Origin: Candidatus Sulfopaludibacter sp. SbA3
GTDB taxonomy: Bacteria > Acidobacteriota > Terriglobia > Bryobacterales > Bryobacteraceae
Assembly: GCA_945900935.1 (NCBI GenBank)
Contig: CAMDKT010000001.1
Location: forward strand, 1 to 40,106
Length of the DNA: 40,106 bases
Direction: 5' to 3'
In this document: positions 36,944 through 40,106 of the stretch, in pieces
Layout of the letters: every line of letters begins with the position of its first letter
Position numbering within the stretch: the stretch's first letter is position 1
Notes under the pieces: generated by a model
Told to the model about the DNA's origin: nothing
What the model saw: the letters and a program-made list of their open reading frames with translations, nothing else
Databases searched by the model: none
Position numbers and translations under genes: made by a program

Positions 36944-37708
36944 ATGACCAAGGAACAACGCGCCAAAATCGCCCGCGAAAACGGCGCCAAATCAAAAGGC
37001 CCCGTCACCCCGGAAGGGAAGGAGAAATCCGCCCGCAACGCCATCGAACACGGCCTTCGCGCCGAAAAACTTAAACATTTCGCCCCGCCCCACTACGTCG
37101 CCCTCTGCAACGAAGAACGGCGCGATTACTATCAACTCCTCGACGAACTCGTCGCCGTCTACCAGCCCATAAACGTGGTCGCCGCCGGCATCGTCCGCGA
37201 CATCGCCGTCGCCCGCTGGCAGTTGCTCCGTCTGGACACCTGCATCACCAGCCAATGGAACCTCGCCCTCATCGAGCAAGCCCAAAAACCGCTCACGGTT
37301 GCCCTCGAACTCGGCGAAGTGCAGACCATGGCTCGTTCCGTCGAAGCCCTCTACGGCGGCAACGCCATCGTCCACCGCTTAAACCGCCAAATCGACCAGC
37401 TCATCGTCCGCATCACCCGTCTCCAGCGCCTCCTCCGTGATGTGCGCCAAAACTTCGCCGTCACGCCGAAACCCTCCGTGCGAACCCAGCAGCCATCACC
37501 GCAACCCGTTGAAAATACTGCCAACGTGCCCGAAAATACCCAAAATGACGAACCGCCGATTTTCACCACCGAAAACACCCCGGCCGTCATCGCCTACTAC
37601 CAGAACCTCTACCCGAACCGCGAAATCATCTGTCTACCGCCAGACGACGTTGCCAACGGAATCGACGTCGAAGACGACATGCCCGACATTCCCAGAAAGG
37701 TCAACTAA
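36944..37708 (+). CDS. Conserved hypothetical protein in small-terminase position
   Basis: 254 aa, GGAGG SD. N-terminal KGPVTPEGKEKSARNAIEHGL motif that I recall from many uncharacterised proteins. The stop is immediately adjacent to the next ATG (TAAATG). Confidence 0.75.
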   Translation: MTKEQRAKIARENGAKSKGPVTPEGKEKSARNAIEHGLRAEKLKHFAPPHYVALCNEERRDYYQLLDELVAVYQPINVVAAGIVRDIAVARWQLLRLDTCITSQWNLALIEQAQKPLTVALELGEVQTMARSVEALYGGNAIVHRLNRQIDQLIVRITRLQRLLRDVRQNFAVTPKPSVRTQQPSPQPVENTANVPENTQNDEPPIFTTENTPAVIAYYQNLYPNREIICLPPDDVANGIDVEDDMPDIPRKVN

Positions 37709-38530
37709 ATGCTCAATCTAGGCCAGGAATTCTTCGAACGCATCAAAGTTGCCGCCGAAGTGTGTCCAAAAACCGAAAATCAACCGGAGGAACAGCCGCT
37801 AAAAACCTCCGAATGGGCCGAAAAAATGCTCGCTTTCAAGCCCAGCGCCACCCAGGCCCAAGTACTCGACATCGACGCCAAGTACATGATCCTATGCTGC
37901 AACCGCCAGTGGGGCAAGACCACCACCATTGCCCTCAAGGCGCTCCACCGCGCCCTGACGATCAATAATCAAAGCATCGTGATCATTTCCAGAACCGAAC
38001 TGCAAGCCGCCATTCTCATCGACCGCGCCTGCAACTTCGCCGCCACACTCGGCATCAAGATCCGCCGCGCCCTCGGCCAGCAGTTCTCATTAAAACTGCC
38101 CAACGGCAGCTCCATTTTCGCCGTCGCCCACAGCCAGGACACCAGTGTCGGCAACACCGCCAACGTCCTCATCGTCGACGAAGCCGCCCTAGTCAAGGAC
38201 CAGGTCTACGCGACCGTTTCGCCCTTCGTCGGCCGCACGCACGGCAGAATCTGGCTCATGTCAACACCGCGCCGCCAGACAGGCTTCTTCTACAACATCT
38301 GGCACGGCAAGGACCCTCGCTGGACCAAAATCTTCTCCACAATCAAGGACTGCCCCGAGATCGACCCGGACTTCCTCGCAATGCAAAAGGCACTCGATCC
38401 CATCAAATACCGCCAGGACTTCGACTGCGAATTCATCCAGCCCGCCGGCCGCCTAATCGACCGCGACACCCTAATGCGAATGGTCGACCCCACCATCGAC
38501 CAATGGCAAGTCCCCCAGTCCAAAATCTAG
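37709..38530 (+). CDS. Terminase large subunit, ATPase domain only
   Basis: Walker A CNRQWGKTT, Walker B VLIVDEAA, STPRRQTGFFYNIW, and YRQDFDCEF. The ORF stops in the inter-domain linker. Confidence 0.8.
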   Translation: MLNLGQEFFERIKVAAEVCPKTENQPEEQPLKTSEWAEKMLAFKPSATQAQVLDIDAKYMILCCNRQWGKTTTIALKALHRALTINNQSIVIISRTELQAAILIDRACNFAATLGIKIRRALGQQFSLKLPNGSSIFAVAHSQDTSVGNTANVLIVDEAALVKDQVYATVSPFVGRTHGRIWLMSTPRRQTGFFYNIWHGKDPRWTKIFSTIKDCPEIDPDFLAMQKALDPIKYRQDFDCEFIQPAGRLIDRDTLMRMVDPTIDQWQVPQSKI

Positions 38531-38787
38531 GTGCAAATCCCCGGGGACATGATCCCCCGCGGCCGCCGCGGGGGATCATGTCCCCCCCCAAACTCGCCGC
38601 GATCCGCCGAAGCAATCCCGATCGCGATCTCTTTGCGGAGTTCAGCCAACCTAAGTTGTCTCAAATCCTCGCGATCTTTAAGGAGTCGCAAACCCTCGCG
38701 AAGAATCTCACTTTGCGACTGATAACGCCCGGTCTTAAGCAAGTCGGCAACAAACTGATCGAATGTGGAACCAAGGTTGACATTCAT
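38527..38787 (-). CDS. ParD-family antitoxin whose C-terminal tail is encoded by a palindromic repeat; no partner toxin
   Basis: MNVNLGSTFDQFVADLLKTGRYQSQSEILREGLRLLKDRE is a typical ParD. The last ~20 codons (GGGHDPPRRPRGIMSPGICT) read through the palindrome at 38543-38585. Confidence 0.75.
   Translation of the reverse strand: MNVNLGSTFDQFVADLLKTGRYQSQSEILREGLRLLKDREDLRQLRLAELRKEIAIGIASADRGEFGGGHDPPRRPRGIMSPGICT
38543..38585. repeat. Perfect 20-bp-stem palindrome (GC-rich, REP-like)
   Basis: GGGGACATGATCCCCCGCGG-CCG-CCGCGGGGGATCATGTCCCC. Arms at 38543-38562 and 38566-38585. Confidence 0.9.
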
Positions 38788-38864
38788 AATGGCATACTAG
38801 CCAAACTAACAACAACTGTCAACAACTGACAGCCGAGCCGCACTCTACCGAGCCACGAGCGTAT

Positions 38865-39218
38865 TCAGGCTCCATACAGCAACTTGCCCTCGCGCAGAAC
38901 CGTGGAAGGCAGGGAAGCTTTGAGATGGAGGCGTCTCTCGAACTCGGTCCGTCGCCACACCAGGATGTCTTTTGCGATCCGCAGTCCCCGAAGCGTCCGG
39001 TACGCCGGATCGCAGTCCTGAAGCTCTGGCGGTGCCTCGTCCGGGACGACAACCATGACGTCGTAGTCACTATCTGGCCCGGCATCACCTCCTGCCGTTG
39101 ACCCAAAGAGGTAGATCCGAAAAGGATGATACATCTCTACCAGCCGTCGAACCACCTCAGTCAAGACAGGGTCGGCGGCCGAGGGAGGCAGCAATATCTC
39201 GGTGCTGAGGGATGCCAT
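38865..39218 (-). CDS. Minimal nucleotidyltransferase (MNT-type, Pol-beta superfamily; antitoxin of HEPN/MNT modules)
   Basis: YLFGSTAGGDAGPDSDYDVMVVV (GS...DxD). 117 aa. No HEPN gene follows. Confidence 0.8.
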   Translation of the reverse strand: MASLSTEILLPPSAADPVLTEVVRRLVEMYHPFRIYLFGSTAGGDAGPDSDYDVMVVVPDEAPPELQDCDPAYRTLRGLRIAKDILVWRRTEFERRLHLKASLPSTVLREGKLLYGA

Positions 39219-39230
39219 GGCCCTAGTCTA

Positions 39231-39260
39231 CCGGGGACACGACCCCGCGGCCGCCGCGGG
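39231..39260. repeat. Half-copy of the 38541-38572 repeat
   Basis: CCGGGGACACGACCCCGCGGCCGCCGCGGG versus CCGGGGACATGATCCCCCGCGGCCGCCGCGGG: 1 mismatch and a 2-nt indel. Only a 7-bp internal stem is retained. Confidence 0.8.
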
Positions 39261-39289
39261 AGCGTACAAGAACAAAAAAGGAGAACAAA

Positions 39290-40078
39290 ATGTACGAAGT
39301 ACCACAACCGCCCCCGACCCAAAGGGGCCCGGCGACTCTAAACTACGTCCTCCAGCAAACCCGCACGCCCGCCCCAAAGTGGCTGCTCGGGCTCGACCTC
39401 GGCCAACGCTGGGACCACTCCGCCATCTCGATCCTCGACCTGACCTGGATCGAAAAAGGCCGCTGCCCGGTGACCTACGGCTGGCTATTCAAACCCCAAC
39501 TCACCCTCAGGGGCCTCGAACGCGTCCCGCTCGGAACCTCTTACGAGCACGTCCACCTGATCATCGCGGAGAAATTAAAAATCCTGGAGCGCCGCGTCTC
39601 TGCCGACACCAACCGCGCCGCCCCGGCCCGCGAACTGATCATCGACGCCGGAGGTCCCGGCCCGCCAATGGTGGATCGGCTCCGCCGCGAGCTAAAGGGC
39701 TCCACCCGGATCACCCCCGTCATAATAACCGCCGGCAAAGGAGAAAACTCACTCACCGGAGGCTACACCGGCATTCCGCGAAGAACGCTGGTGACGCAGT
39801 TGATCCAGATGATCTCCTGCCAGACGATCCGTTGTCCGCGCGAACTGGCCGGCTGGAACGAATTCATGGAAGAGATGCTCGAAATCAGCGGCGAAAGCAC
39901 GCAGCCCGAGAGCCGCAAATCCCACGACGACCTCGTCATGTCGACCGCCCTGGCAGCCCAATGCCGCTTACTTTGTGTAGCAGAGCGGTATTTTGCTGAA
40001 GTTCAAATTATCTGCTGGACATTTTCGCCGCCGCTGGGTATAGTTTGTTGGATGGGTCCACCAGAACAATTAGTGTAA
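39290..40078 (+). CDS. Terminase large subunit, RNase H-like nuclease domain only
   Basis: LLGLDLGQRWDHSAISIL (first catalytic Asp region) and SHDDLVMSTALAA (last Asp). Own SD AAGGAG 6 nt upstream of the ATG. Confidence 0.75.
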   Translation: MYEVPQPPPTQRGPATLNYVLQQTRTPAPKWLLGLDLGQRWDHSAISILDLTWIEKGRCPVTYGWLFKPQLTLRGLERVPLGTSYEHVHLIIAEKLKILERRVSADTNRAAPARELIIDAGGPGPPMVDRLRRELKGSTRITPVIITAGKGENSLTGGYTGIPRRTLVTQLIQMISCQTIRCPRELAGWNEFMEEMLEISGESTQPESRKSHDDLVMSTALAAQCRLLCVAERYFAEVQIICWTFSPPLGIVCWMGPPEQLV

Positions 40079-40106
40079 GCCTTGAGAAGATCGGTCTCGA
40101 CGCGCT

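Noticed and set aside
33404-39266. Chromosomal integron cassette array carrying TA modules
   Set aside because: The window has no intI integrase and no attC-like sites with RYYYAAC/GTTRRRY cores. The modules are in mixed orientations rather than a co-oriented cassette array.
39202-39999. 265-aa Arg/Pro-rich + ORF
   Set aside because: It is an alternative frame of the terminase nuclease ORF, which has clear catalytic motifs and an SD. The composition is that of an off-frame GC-rich read.
1-40106. CRISPR arrays, tRNA or rRNA genes
   Set aside because: No regularly spaced direct repeats and no cloverleaf-like or rRNA-like segments were seen on either strand.

Overview
High-GC bacterial chromosomal segment. 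The style suggests Acidobacteriota or another soil bacterium, but that is inference only. I saw no rRNA, tRNA or CRISPR. The window has four blocks.

(1) 1-3.5 kb: two convergent polytopic GT-C-like membrane glycosyltransferases.

(2) 3.5-7.3 kb: a 1.1-kb gene-poor, lower-GC stretch with an inverted repeat, then a stand-alone AAA/DUF4143-type ATPase, then a decayed composite IS. The IS carries a small CGKPNCRC zinc-ribbon-like protein and an in-frame chimera of two unrelated transposase fragments.

(3) 7.3-33.1 kb: a roughly 26-kb polysaccharide (O-antigen/EPS-type, Wzx/Wzy-dependent) locus, entirely on the minus strand.
- Its 3' end is a UDP-L-FucNAc module, fnlA-fnlB-fnlC-wbuB-SDR-wbpL-wbpM, syntenic with Pseudomonas O11 wbj / Staphylococcus cap5-8.
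- Its core has visibly lower GC and holds five further glycosyltransferases (two of them CgeB-like), two SAM methyltransferases, a Wzy candidate, Wzx and an epimerase. A sixth GT1-fold glycosyltransferase (16429-17727) sits between the core and the FucNAc module.
- Its 5' end is a CDP-sugar module: rfbF, rfbG, then a split CapF-like SDR and cupin.

(4) 33.4-40.1 kb: a toxin-antitoxin island merging into a phage-like remnant. Reading ORFs the six-frame track missed, most toxins are broken or absent while their antitoxins are intact.
- VapC is a remnant.
- HicA is frameshifted.
- ParE carries an amber stop.
- Two ParD genes and an MNT have no partner toxin.

A large-terminase gene is split into ATPase and nuclease ORFs by an antisense MNT+ParD cassette. 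That cassette is bracketed by a GC-rich repeat that includes a perfect 20-bp palindrome.
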